Source: a bacterium (GTDB lineage Bacteria > Pseudomonadota > Alphaproteobacteria > Rickettsiales > RI-342). Taken from it: a stretch of DNA of 64,000 nt. Within the stretch, counting starts at the first letter, position 1. Every line of letters begins with the position of its first letter. Both the position numbers and the translations under genes were made by a program. The stretch covers positions 5,681 to 69,680 of the forward strand of contig WGMV01000026.1 of NCBI GenBank assembly GCA_016124905.1, given 5' to 3'. Below, piece by piece: positions 1-10,639 of the stretch. The notes under the pieces are model-generated. The model did no database searches and was not told the origin of the DNA. It saw only the letters and a list, made by a program, of their open reading frames with translations.

Positions 1-1002
1 CTGGGTGCGGGCGCGGGCGGCACGCGCAACATCTCCGGCAATCACTCCGTGATTGTGGACCTTGAACGCGAACTGGCCAGCCTTCATCATAAAGACGGCG
101 CGCTGGTGTTCGTGTGTGGCTATGTGGCCAATGAAACCACGCTGAACACGCTGCTTTCCATGCTGCCGGGCTGCGTGGTGTTTTCGGATGAGAAAAACCA
201 TGCCTCGATGATTCAGGGCATCCGCAACAGCCGTGTGAAAAAGCAGATATTCCGCCATAACGACCTGGCGCATCTGGAAGAGCTGCTGAAGGAAGAGCCG
301 CTGGACACGCCAAAGCTGATCGCCTTCGAATCGGTCTATTCGATGGATGGCGATATCGCCCCCATCAAGGAAGTCTGCGAGCTTGCCAAGAAGTACAATG
401 CCCTGACCTATCTGGACGAGGTGCATGCGGTGGGCATGTATGGCGACCATGGCGCCGGCGTGGCCGAGCGCGATCAGGTGATGGACAAGGTGGATATCAT
501 CCAGGGGACCTTTGCCAAGGCCTATGGCGTGATGGGCGGTTATATCGCCGCCAGCCGCGAGATTATCGACGTGGTGCGGAGCTATGCGTCCGGCTTTATC
601 TTCACCACCGCCCTGCCCCCGGTGCTGGCGGCGGGCGCGCTTTCAAGCGTGCGACACCTGCGCCAGAGCCAGTATGAGCGTGACCAGCAGCAGGCCAACG
701 TGGCCTACCTGAAAACACGCCTGAGGGAAGAGGGCATTCCCATTCTCGACAGCGTATCGCACATCATTCCCGTAATGGTGGGGGACCCGGCGCTGTGCAA
801 GCAGGCATCCGACCTGCTGTTGTCCGAGCATTACATCTATGTTCAGCCGATCAATTATCCCACCGTGCCGAAGGGCGGCGAGAGGCTGCGTGTCACGCCG
901 ACCCCGCTGCATACCAGGGAAATGCAGGATGCACTGGTGGCGGGGCTGAAGGATGTCTTTACCCGTTTGAACATCCGCTACGCGTCGGCCTGCCCCGCTT
1001 GA
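1..1002 (+). CDS. hemA: 5-aminolevulinate synthase, C-terminal ~333 codons (5' end lies upstream of the window)
   Basis: Frame 1 is open from nt 1 ([29 protein letters not shown]...), so the listed start at 49 is internal. Alpha-oxoamine-synthase/ALAS-like sequence with [11 protein letters not shown] and the PLP-lysine context [12 protein letters not shown] at 1000-1002. Confidence 0.9.
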   Translation: MGAGAGGTRNISGNHSVIVDLERELASLHHKDGALVFVCGYVANETTLNTLLSMLPGCVVFSDEKNHASMIQGIRNSRVKKQIFRHNDLAHLEELLKEEPLDTPKLIAFESVYSMDGDIAPIKEVCELAKKYNALTYLDEVHAVGMYGDHGAGVAERDQVMDKVDIIQGTFAKAYGVMGGYIAASREIIDVVRSYASGFIFTTALPPVLAAGALSSVRHLRQSQYERDQQQANVAYLKTRLREEGIPILDSVSHIIPVMVGDPALCKQASDLLLSEHYIYVQPINYPTVPKGGERLRVTPTPLHTREMQDALVAGLKDVFTRLNIRYASACPA

Positions 1003-1078
1003 CCGGCGAGCGATTGCGCCCGTGTTTCGGCTACATTGAAACAGGATGGAAATAATTCAAAAACTGCACGCTTAAACG

Positions 1079-1106
1079 TTGACAAGCCGCCGCGCTTGAG
1101 TAATGT
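1079..1106 (+). promoter_or_regulatory. candidate sigma-70-type promoter for tRNA-Lys (TTGACA-16 nt-TAATGT)
   Basis: TTGACA at 1079-1084, 16-nt spacer, TAATGT at 1101-1106, about 40 nt upstream of the tRNA 5' end. A GC hairpin CGCCCC/GGGGCG followed by TTTT (about 1118-1141) lies between it and the tRNA and could instead be the hemA terminator, so the assignment is uncertain. Confidence 0.3.
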
Positions 1107-1147
1107 GCGCTTCCTTTCGCCCCGAACCGGGGGGCGGTTTTAAGAGT

Positions 1148-1223
1148 GAGTTCGTAGCTCAGCCGGTAGAGCATCTGACTTTTAATCAGAGGGTCGCGGG
1201 TTCGAGTCCCGCCGAACTCACCA
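1148..1223 (+). tRNA. tRNA-Lys (anticodon UUU), 76 nt with encoded CCA
   Basis: Cloverleaf read by hand. Acceptor GAGTTCG/CGAACTC, D-arm TAGCTCAGCCGGTAGAGC, anticodon stem TCTGA/TCAGA with loop CTTTTAA (TTT at 1181-1183), T-arm GCGGG-TTCGAGT-CCCGC, discriminator A, CCA at 1221-1223. Confidence 0.93.
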
Positions 1224-1318
1224 TCTTCCTTCAGAATCGACGCATTTCGCCATGGCGAACCCGCTTCTTATGCCGGGCGCTGCGTGACTTGGGGTTCGAG
1301 TCCCGCCGAACTCACCAT
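1198..1318. repeat. exact 27-bp direct repeat of the tRNA-Lys 3' end (1198-1224 and 1292-1318), 67-bp spacer
   Basis: GGGTTCGAGTCCCGCCGAACTCACCAT occurs twice. The second copy has no 5' half of a tRNA in front of it. Confidence 0.9.
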
Positions 1319-1427
1319 TTCCATGCCAAATCAATAAATTACCTGAAATCGCCTTTTCCGGGCGTGGTAATGTTTCTTTCAAACTAAGCTGTTAAGGCTA
1401 GGCTTGGATCATTAAAACCTGAGGATT

Positions 1428-2597
1428 ATGGCCCCTCGCAGCTTATTCGTAGGTGACCCGGCGCCGTGGTTCACCTGCCGTTCCAACAACAACCCCACCT
1501 TTCATTTTGATACGGTGGCGGGAAAATATACCGTGCTGAGTTTCTTCGGCAGCGTGGCAAGCCCCGATTACGCCGGTATTTTGCAGTTTATGACGACAGA
1601 ACTGCGTCATTATTTCGACGATCTGAAACTTTCCTTTTTCGGCGTGAGCATCGACCCGGCGGATGAAACGGAGCACCGCATGGTGCCGCAAAAGCCCGGC
1701 ATTCGGTTTTTCTGGGATTTCGACCGCAGCGTTAGCGCGCTTTACGGCGCGCTGGATGCCGAACGAAAGAACGAACAAGGTGAACTGGTTTATAGCGCAT
1801 TCACGCTGGTGCTGGACCCATTCCTACGCGTGATTGCCAATATCCCAATGGAAAATGCGGACCATAACGCCATTCTCGCCGACCTGCTTAGTAGCCTGCC
1901 TGCCACCGGCGACCATGCCAATGTTCCTCTGAACGCGCCGGTGCTGATTCTACCGCGCGTCTTTGAGCCCTCGCTCTGCAAGGAGATGATCGCGCTCTAT
2001 CAGCAGCATGGGGGCTATGAATCCGGCTTCATGCGTGAGCGGGGAGAAAAAACGGTGCCGATTCTCGACAATAATTTCAAGAAACGGCGCGATTTCAATT
2101 TCGAGAACACACCGGAGCATGATCAGCTTCGCATCGCCATCCGCAACCGGCTCAGCAGGCGGCTGGTGCCGGAGATACGCAAGGCATTCCAGTTTCATGT
2201 CACGCATATCGAGCGTTACATCGTGGCCTGTTACGATGCGCAGGAGGGCGGCTTTTTCCGCTCTCACCGCGACAATACGACACGGGCGACGGCGCACCGG
2301 CGCTTTGCCTGCACCATCAATTTAAATGCGGAAGAATTTGAAGGCGGCGATCTGCGCTTTCCCGAATTCGGCCCGCGAACCTACCGTGCGCCAACAGGCG
2401 GAGCGGTGGTATTTTCCTGCTCGCTGCTGCATGAGGCCACGCCAGTAACAAAGGGCACGCGCTATGCGTTTTTGCCCTTTTTCTATGACCAGGCCGCCGC
2501 AGAGCTTCGTAAACAGAACCAGCAATTTCTCTCAAACGAGATTATGAGGCTCGGGGCTTCCGCCGAAGCACCGGCAGAGAATAACGATGCCGGATGA
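1428..2597 (+). CDS. fusion protein: N-terminal thioredoxin-fold (AhpC/TSA/redoxin-like, no catalytic Cys) + C-terminal 2OG-Fe(II) oxygenase (prolyl-4-hydroxylase/PKHD-like)
   Basis: GAGG 5 nt upstream of the ATG. N-terminal part has GDPAPWF...GKYTVLSFFGS. C-terminal part has HRD...LLHEATPV...GTRYAF (HxD...H...R 2OG-oxygenase pattern). Confidence 0.8.
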   Translation: MAPRSLFVGDPAPWFTCRSNNNPTFHFDTVAGKYTVLSFFGSVASPDYAGILQFMTTELRHYFDDLKLSFFGVSIDPADETEHRMVPQKPGIRFFWDFDRSVSALYGALDAERKNEQGELVYSAFTLVLDPFLRVIANIPMENADHNAILADLLSSLPATGDHANVPLNAPVLILPRVFEPSLCKEMIALYQQHGGYESGFMRERGEKTVPILDNNFKKRRDFNFENTPEHDQLRIAIRNRLSRRLVPEIRKAFQFHVTHIERYIVACYDAQEGGFFRSHRDNTTRATAHRRFACTINLNAEEFEGGDLRFPEFGPRTYRAPTGGAVVFSCSLLHEATPVTKGTRYAFLPFFYDQAAAELRKQNQQFLSNEIMRLGASAEAPAENNDAG

Positions 2598-3027
2598 ACT
2601 GGTATTGAAGCGGGTGGATTTTGGTAGCGATGCCTATCACCAGCTGGTTGAACTCAGGAACAGATGGCTGCGCATTCCACTGGGATTGACCATCAGCAAA
2701 CGCGATATGGAGCCGGATGCACAATGCCTGCATCTGGGCGCATGGCTGAAGGACGAAGCCGTGGGCTGCGTGCTGCTGCAGCTGGAGCCCCCTACAGGCA
2801 TTTTGCGGCAGATGGCCGTGGCGGAACGGCATCGCCACCTGGCACTCGGGCGCAAGCTGGTAGCCTTGCTGGAATCCGAAGCACGGCAACATGGACTGGT
2901 GGAAATCACCCTGCATGCGCGGCTTGAGGCAGCGGGATTTTATGAGAAGCTGGGTTACCGGCGCGATGGGGATGTGTTTGAGGAAGTGACGGTTCCGCAC
3001 ATCGCCATGCGAAAATCACTCGGCTGA
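2587..3027 (+). CDS. GNAT-family N-acetyltransferase
   Basis: RQMAVAERHRHLALGRKLVALLESEARQHG...FYEKLGY (acetyl-CoA-binding Q/RxxGxG/A-type segment). ATG overlaps the upstream gene by 11 nt. Confidence 0.8.
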   Translation: MPDELVLKRVDFGSDAYHQLVELRNRWLRIPLGLTISKRDMEPDAQCLHLGAWLKDEAVGCVLLQLEPPTGILRQMAVAERHRHLALGRKLVALLESEARQHGLVEITLHARLEAAGFYEKLGYRRDGDVFEEVTVPHIAMRKSLG

Positions 3028-4365
3028 AATTTTTACATCCCCACCCAAGGCCTTGTATAGCTGCACGGCAGCATTGAGGCGGTCGAGCCGCGCCTGAATG
3101 GCGCCGTCATCGGCCTGCAATTGCGTGCGCTGCGTATCGAGGAAGGTCTGGAAATCGGTCGCACCGGCATCGTAACGCGCGCGGGCGATGCGATTGGCCT
3201 CCGCCGCTTCGGTGCTGGCGATATCCAGCTGGGTCTGGCGTTCGGCACTGGATTTGATGCCCGCCAATGCATCCTCCACTTCGCGGAAGGAGGTCAGCAC
3301 GATCTGCTGATAATTTTCCGCCAGTTCAAGCTGGCGTGCCTTGGTGCGTTCCAGTTCGCCTTCCAGGCGGCCGCCTTGAAAGATGGGCGCGAGCATGGAG
3401 GCGACCAGCCCCGTGGCCACGCTGGATGGGCTGGCAAGCAAGGCGGCGTTGGCGCTCAGCGTCAGGCTGGGGAAGAAGGCTGCGCGCGCCGCGCCGATAT
3501 CGGCATTGGCCGCTTTCAGGCCTGCTTCCGATGCGCGAATGTCGGGGCGCTGCTCAATCAATGCTGAGGGCAAAGTGGGGGCGATGTCGGGGATGGCGGC
3601 ATCGTCCAGCGATGCGATGGGGGCGACGAGATCCTTCGGCGCGTGACCGGTCAGCACCGCAAGCTGGTTGAGCGAAAGCGCCAGCTGATTTTCAATGCTC
3701 GCCAGTTGCGCACGGCTGCTGGCCAGCTGGGATTTCTGCTGGGAGAGCTCAAGCGCCGACAGGCGACCTTCGGTGTATTGCGCATCGACGATCTTCAACA
3801 CCTCTTCCTGATTTTCGAGGTTCTTTCTGGCAATCTCCAGGCGTTTTTGCAGGCCGATGCTGTTGAAATAGGCCTGCGTTACATCGGCGGCGGTAATGAT
3901 GCGCAGCGCATCCTGATCGTATTGCGTGGCGGTGTAGCGCTCGGCGGCGGCTTCCACACCGGCTCGGTTTTTGCCGAACAGATCCACTTCGTAGGAAATG
4001 CTGCCCTGGATGCGCGCGCTGTTATCGGCTTTGGTCTTGTCCGTATCGTTGCGGGAGGCATTGCCGGATGCGTTGGCATTGGGCAGCAGCGATGCACCGG
4101 CGACGGTGGTGGATGCCCTCGCCTGCTCCACCCGTGCGATGCCGGCTTTCACATCGTGGTTTTCTTTCAGCGCCTGGTCGACCAGTGCATTGAGCTCGTC
4201 GTTATTGAAATTCTTCCACCAGTTTGCAGGCGCCTGTTCCTGCGTGGTCTGGGTTGTGTCCTCCTTCCAGCTTTCGGGTGTGTTCATGGAGGGGCGCATG
4301 TATTCCGGCACGAGGGAACAGCCGGTGAGCATCAATACGACAGCGAAGGGGATGATGCGTTTCAT
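3016..4365 (-). CDS. efflux outer-membrane lipoprotein, NodT/OprM family
   Basis: Signal peptide plus lipobox MLTGC. Long two-repeat TolC-like coiled-coil sequence. Lies downstream of macA-macB on the same strand. Confidence 0.85.
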   Translation of the reverse strand: MKRIIPFAVVLMLTGCSLVPEYMRPSMNTPESWKEDTTQTTQEQAPANWWKNFNNDELNALVDQALKENHDVKAGIARVEQARASTTVAGASLLPNANASGNASRNDTDKTKADNSARIQGSISYEVDLFGKNRAGVEAAAERYTATQYDQDALRIITAADVTQAYFNSIGLQKRLEIARKNLENQEEVLKIVDAQYTEGRLSALELSQQKSQLASSRAQLASIENQLALSLNQLAVLTGHAPKDLVAPIASLDDAAIPDIAPTLPSALIEQRPDIRASEAGLKAANADIGAARAAFFPSLTLSANAALLASPSSVATGLVASMLAPIFQGGRLEGELERTKARQLELAENYQQIVLTSFREVEDALAGIKSSAERQTQLDIASTEAAEANRIARARYDAGATDFQTFLDTQRTQLQADDGAIQARLDRLNAAVQLYKALGGDVKISAE

Positions 4366-4374
4366 GGGATTCTC

Positions 4375-6320
<1,946 letters not shown>

Positions 6321-6324
<4 letters not shown>

Positions 6325-7523
6325 AGGCGCGGCCCTCCGCGCATACCGCTGCGGCCGCCGGCGGCCTTACCGCCGGTTTGCTTGTTGCCAGTGGGGCGCT
6401 GCCTGATGACCAGTTCGTCGTTCTCGGTCAGCCCGTCCTTGACCTCAGCCTGGGTGCGGCTCATGAGGCCGATATGCACGAGCTTGTCGGTGGTTTTCTT
6501 GCCGTCCTTCACATGCGCCATGTAGGCCTGGCCCAGTTGTTCGCTATCCTGCGCTTTTACGCGTTTGCCGAGCGCCTCCACCGGAATGGTCAGCACATTG
6601 TCGGCGCGCTGCAGCTCGAAGAACACCTGTACGCTCATGCCGGTCATCAACTGGCGGTCCTTGTTGTCCACGTCGATCAGCGCATCGTAGAGCACCACGT
6701 CGTTGATTACTTCCGGCGAGGGCTGAATCTGCCATAATTTACCCTTCCAGCGGCGCTCGAGGTTGCCGAGCGTGGTGAAGGAGACTTCCATGCCTTCCTT
6801 CAGGCGCATCACATCGGCCTCGGCCACCTGGGCTTTCACGGTCATTACATCGAGGTCGGCCAATTGGACGATGACCGGGGCGGTCTGGCTGGCGTTCACC
6901 GTCTGGCCTTCGCGGGTCGGCTGAAGCACCACGGTGCCGTCCATCGGGGCATAGATTTTGGTGTAGCTGAGATTGGCCATGTCCCCTTCCAGGGTGGAGT
7001 TGATCTCCTCGATCTGCGCCTTGCTGGACGCTACGCCGGCATCGGCCACTTTCAGGGCGGAGAGGCTTTCCTGTAAGGCTTCCTGGCTGACGGCCTTGGC
7101 TTCCATCAGGCGTTTGTTGCGTTCATATTGCTGGCCAGCGAAAACAGCCTGCGCCTTTTGCTGGTTGAGCTGGGCTTCCAGCGTGCGCAGGCGGGCCTTG
7201 TCGCCCTCCACGCGGGATTCGTAGACGCGGGGGTCCAGCTCGGCCAGCAGGTCGCCCTTTTTGACCACATCGCCGATTTCCACATGCAGCTTTTTCAGCT
7301 GGCCGGACACTTGAGCGCCGACATCCACATATTCCTTGGGTTCCAGCTTGCCCTGGGCGGTCACCGTTTCTTCAATGGTTTCACGCGTTACCTTTACGGT
7401 CCGGCTGTTTTGCACGTCTTCATCATCCAGGCCTGGCCCGAATTTCCACCAGGCGCCACCGGCAAGCAGCAGCAGGCACAGGATGATCCATAATTTGCGG
7501 GATTTTTTCATTCTATCCGCCAT
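6321..7523 (-). CDS. macA: periplasmic adaptor (membrane-fusion protein), MacA/HlyD family
   Basis: N-terminal TM, GKLEPKEYVDVGAQVSGQLKKLHVEIGDVVKKGDLLAELDP lipoyl-like hairpin, coiled coil, YTKIYAPMDGTVV. Start is uncertain: ATG at 7523 has AAGG upstream, and 7541 (GTG) or 7511 (ATG) are alternatives. Confidence 0.85.
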
Positions 7524-7639
7524 TTTTATTACCTTAACCACAAGAGGTTGCGGCTTTCATAAGATAATACGGATAGCGAAACAAAATCCTTCGCTGGGAG
7601 TGATATAAGCGGAGCCTCAATAAGCCGGTCATTTTTCGG

Positions 7640-8419
7640 TTATTTTGCGGTCAGGCCCTTGCGGGCATCCTTATTGGCGGGATCATAGACCAGCGCCTGC
7701 CGGTAATCCGCCTGGGCGAGGTTGCGCTGGCCAAGGCGGTCGAACGCCTGGGCGCGGCCCACCAGCCAGGGCGCATGGGTGGGGGCCATGGTGAGAAGAT
7801 GGTCCCAGTCCTGCACGGAGCGGTCCGCCTTTTCATTCTCTGCCAGCCAGCTGGCGCGTTCCTCCAGCCAATATTGGCCTAGCTGCGTTTGGTTATTGAC
7901 CAGGGATAGGGAAACCGCGTGGTTGAGCGTGTTCAGCACCTGGGGTTTGTCCTCGGCCATCTGCCAGGCGCGGTAAGCTTGCTGAAGCAGGTCCAGCGCA
8001 AGGGCGACCCTCGTTTTTTCATATTGCAGGGTGAGTTGGTTGAGCAGCGTGCCCGCCTCCTGAAAGCGGCCCAGATTATACAGCGCCATGGCCTTGCAAT
8101 GCTGGATGGAAGGGTCATCCGCCTGGGAGGGGGACGCCTCGATCATCGCCAGGGTTTTGTCCGGCTGGTTCTGGCTCATTTCCGAGCATTCCAGGTATTG
8201 CACGGTGGGGTGCACGCCCTTTTGCGCGGCCGCCGCTGCCGCAGGCGCCGCCGTGGCCGCAGCCGCTTTTGCCGCGGTGGATTTGGCAGGCGATTTTTTG
8301 GCCTGAAGCGTGCCGGTTGGGTAGGCTTTCGCCTTGGATTTGGCTTTCTTCTGTGCCGCATCCCCATCCTGCACCATCAGCAGGCAGAAAGACAGAAGCA
8401 TGACCAGGAAAAGGCGCAT
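7640..8419 (-). CDS. secreted TPR-like repeat protein with Lys/Ala-rich N-terminal linker
   Basis: Signal peptide MRLFLVMLLSFCLLMV, then a KAKSKAKA...AAAATAAPAAAAAA low-complexity stretch. C-terminal helical repeats end in a typical TPR (AQADYRQALVYDPANKDARKGL). Confidence 0.7.
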   Translation of the reverse strand: MRLFLVMLLSFCLLMVQDGDAAQKKAKSKAKAYPTGTLQAKKSPAKSTAAKAAAATAAPAAAAAAQKGVHPTVQYLECSEMSQNQPDKTLAMIEASPSQADDPSIQHCKAMALYNLGRFQEAGTLLNQLTLQYEKTRVALALDLLQQAYRAWQMAEDKPQVLNTLNHAVSLSLVNNQTQLGQYWLEERASWLAENEKADRSVQDWDHLLTMAPTHAPWLVGRAQAFDRLGQRNLAQADYRQALVYDPANKDARKGLTAK

Positions 8420-8569
8420 TCGTCATCCATCCACAAAGATTCAAGAAGATCGACAGATTCTCAGGCCATGTTTAGCCCGACATCCCCCGGCCGCAAAGGC
8501 TTTTATGCACATAACGGGCATTTGCCGCCAACGCGTTGTTTTTTAGTCCGGTTTCATTATGCTTGCAGT

Positions 8570-8585
8570 TGGCACGTCTCTTGCA
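8570..8585 (+). promoter_or_regulatory. sigma-54 (RpoN) -24/-12 promoter
   Basis: TTGGCACG-TCTC-TTGCAT matches the YTGGCACG-N4-TTGCW consensus at every defined position. It sits 33 nt upstream of the ATG at 8619, with GAGGGG Shine-Dalgarno between. Confidence 0.6.
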
Positions 8586-8618
8586 TTCCTAATTCAAAAT
8601 AGATGATTTGAGGGGTTT

Positions 8619-9173
8619 ATGCGCGCATTGCTACGTTTCACCATGCTGGCCGGATGCCTTGCCGTTACAGGCTGCGCCCTGGCCGTGCCCGTGCTGGACG
8701 GCGCCGAGCAGACCGTGCAGCTGACACGCAAGAAAATCCGCTCCATGGCGGGTATGTCCCCCACGTCGGATGTGCCGGAACCGCGTACGCCGATCGCCGT
8801 TTATTGCTACAATACGCTGGGCGATGTGGATTGTTACGCCACGCCGCAGCAGGGCCAGCAGACGCGCCTTGCCGGCGTCGGCAGCGTGGCCACTATTCCA
8901 GCCGCGTCGCTTCCCATTACGTTTGAAGCGGTTGAAGAACCGCCACCACCAAGCGTTGAGCCGGTGATGATCCGCGAGCTTCCCAAGCCGCCTCCCGCCG
9001 CACCCTCCGCCAAACCAGCCGCCAAAACCAGCGCCAACATCATCATTGACGACCGGATGTATGACAGCAAACAGCTGCCTGGAAAAACGGAAATAGAACA
9101 AAAAGATAATGCGCGTTTTTCCAAAAGCCAGCAGGCTGCGGAAGCCGCCGAATCCGGCACCATGTGGCATTAA
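8619..9173 (+). CDS. lipoprotein with Pro-rich central region, unknown function
   Basis: MRALLRFTMLAGCLAVTGC signal/lipobox, EEPPPPSVEP...PKPPPAAPSAKPAAK segment, GAGGGG SD. Confidence 0.7.
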   Translation: MRALLRFTMLAGCLAVTGCALAVPVLDGAEQTVQLTRKKIRSMAGMSPTSDVPEPRTPIAVYCYNTLGDVDCYATPQQGQQTRLAGVGSVATIPAASLPITFEAVEEPPPPSVEPVMIRELPKPPPAAPSAKPAAKTSANIIIDDRMYDSKQLPGKTEIEQKDNARFSKSQQAAEAAESGTMWH

Positions 9174-9188
9174 ACACCCGAGACAATA

Positions 9189-9218
9189 AAAAACGGCGCC
9201 TAAACAGGCGCCGTTTTT
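9189..9218. terminator. bidirectional Rho-independent terminator
   Basis: AAAAACGGCGCC-TAAACA-GGCGCCGTTTTT: 12-bp arms whose A/T runs give a U-tract in both directions. Lies between the convergent lipoprotein gene and ihfB. Confidence 0.8.
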
Positions 9219-9233
9219 CTATTTATAGCAGAA

Positions 9234-9518
9234 CTAGGCTTTTTTGTTGAGGCGTTCGCGCAGTTCCTTGCCCATACGGAAATAGGGAGCAAAACGAAGA
9301 CCGACTTCCACCTTATCACCGGTGCGGGGATTGCGCGCTGTGCGGGCCTTGCGCTCACGCACGGAAAATGCACCAAAGCCGCGAAGTTCAATGCGGCGAC
9401 CGTTTGACATGGCGGTGGAAATTTCACCGAATACCGTGTTGACCAGCTTCTCGATATCACGCTGGTACAGATGCGGATATTTGCGTGCCAGCTGTTGTAT
9501 TAGATCTGATTTGGTCAT
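9234..9518 (-). CDS. ihfB: integration host factor subunit beta
   Basis: [17 protein letters not shown]...[31 protein letters not shown] (HU/IHF fold). GAGGA 5 nt upstream of the ATG at 9518, so the TTG at 9536 in the ORF track is probably not used. Confidence 0.92.
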   Translation of the reverse strand: MTKSDLIQQLARKYPHLYQRDIEKLVNTVFGEISTAMSNGRRIELRGFGAFSVRERKARTARNPRTGDKVEVGLRFAPYFRMGKELRERLNKKA

Positions 9519-9720
9519 GGCGTCCTCAATAGTCAATTTTAAGGGGCGGATGGTGAATTAATCGCCCAATGGTTGCACCGCAACATAATGTTATGAGAAT
9601 ACAGTAGTTGCCAAGCAAAAACCATATTCTTTTCATAGTAAAAACACTAAAAAACCCATAAAGCAAGCACATTGTTAAGCATGTTTAGAACGATTTTAAA
9701 CCTATGCTTGCAAACGGTAT

Positions 9721-10623
9721 TTATTGCCAAACAGCCATCAACCCCAGGTGGTTTTTTCCATTCAGTACATCTCCCATAAAGCGGGAGAAGACATTCTTGT
9801 CCAGCCACTCACCCGGCTGGGTTTCCTCTTTCACTTCCACCACAGGGATATCCTTGTTATGGAGGGTTTCATGCAGCCAGGCTTCGGCCTCTGGCTCGCC
9901 GCCGATTTCATCCACCAGTTTCAGTTCCAGCGCCTGCCGCCCTGTGAAGACGCGGCCATCTTTAATGACGGCGATGGTTTTGTCATCCAGCTTGCGACGC
10001 TCTTTGACGATACCGAGGAAATAATGAAAAAAGTCATCAATCACCACCTGGATCGCCTCCAGCGCCTCTGGCGTGGCTTCCTCTACAGGGGATGGGCTGG
10101 CCTTCAGCTCACCAGATTTGATGGTGATGGGCTTGATACCAAGCTTATGGGCGAGTTCCGTCACTTCCACGCTTTGCATCAGCACACCGACGGAACCGGT
10201 GATGCTGCCCTCGTGGGAAAAGATGCGGTCACCCGCAATGGCGGCCATGTAAGCAGCCGAGGTTGCCATGCCGCGCATGACCACGACCACCGGCTTCTCG
10301 GCGGAGATGAGACGCAGTTGCTTGTAGATGGTCTCGCCGCCAACGGCCGTGCCGCCTGGGCTGTCGATGCTGAGGAGCAGCGCTTTGGCGCGCTTGTTCT
10401 CTTTGATATCATTAAATAATTTCACGCGGGCCGGGTCATCGAGGATCATGCCCTCCAGATTGTACCGGGCAATGTATTCGCCCCCCGCAATAGGGCCGTT
10501 AGCGCCGCTTTTCAGCATGGCAACCACCGCAATCGCGATGGCCACCATGCTGAGCAGCTTCCATATGCGCACCGAACGCTTCAGCTTGACGCGGTCAAGA
10601 AAGGCATCCGTGTGCGTAATCAT
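9721..10623 (-). CDS. sppA: signal peptide peptidase SppA, 36K type
   Basis: N-terminal TM, then IDSPGGTAVGGE...MRGMATSAAYMAA (ClpP/SppA serine-protease fold). Only 16 nt downstream of rpsA. Confidence 0.85.
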   Translation of the reverse strand: MITHTDAFLDRVKLKRSVRIWKLLSMVAIAIAVVAMLKSGANGPIAGGEYIARYNLEGMILDDPARVKLFNDIKENKRAKALLLSIDSPGGTAVGGETIYKQLRLISAEKPVVVVMRGMATSAAYMAAIAGDRIFSHEGSITGSVGVLMQSVEVTELAHKLGIKPITIKSGELKASPSPVEEATPEALEAIQVVIDDFFHYFLGIVKERRKLDDKTIAVIKDGRVFTGRQALELKLVDEIGGEPEAEAWLHETLHNKDIPVVEVKEETQPGEWLDKNVFSRFMGDVLNGKNHLGLMAVWQ

Positions 10624-10639
10624 GGAGATAGTACCTTAC

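Noticed and set aside
1103-1387. 94-aa ORF
   Set aside because: It reads straight through the tRNA-Lys gene and its duplicated 3' end.
8421-8440. DnaA-box-like CCATCCACA near the TPR gene start
   Set aside because: It is a single 7/9 match with no cluster and no AT-rich unwinding element, and the gene context is not origin-like.
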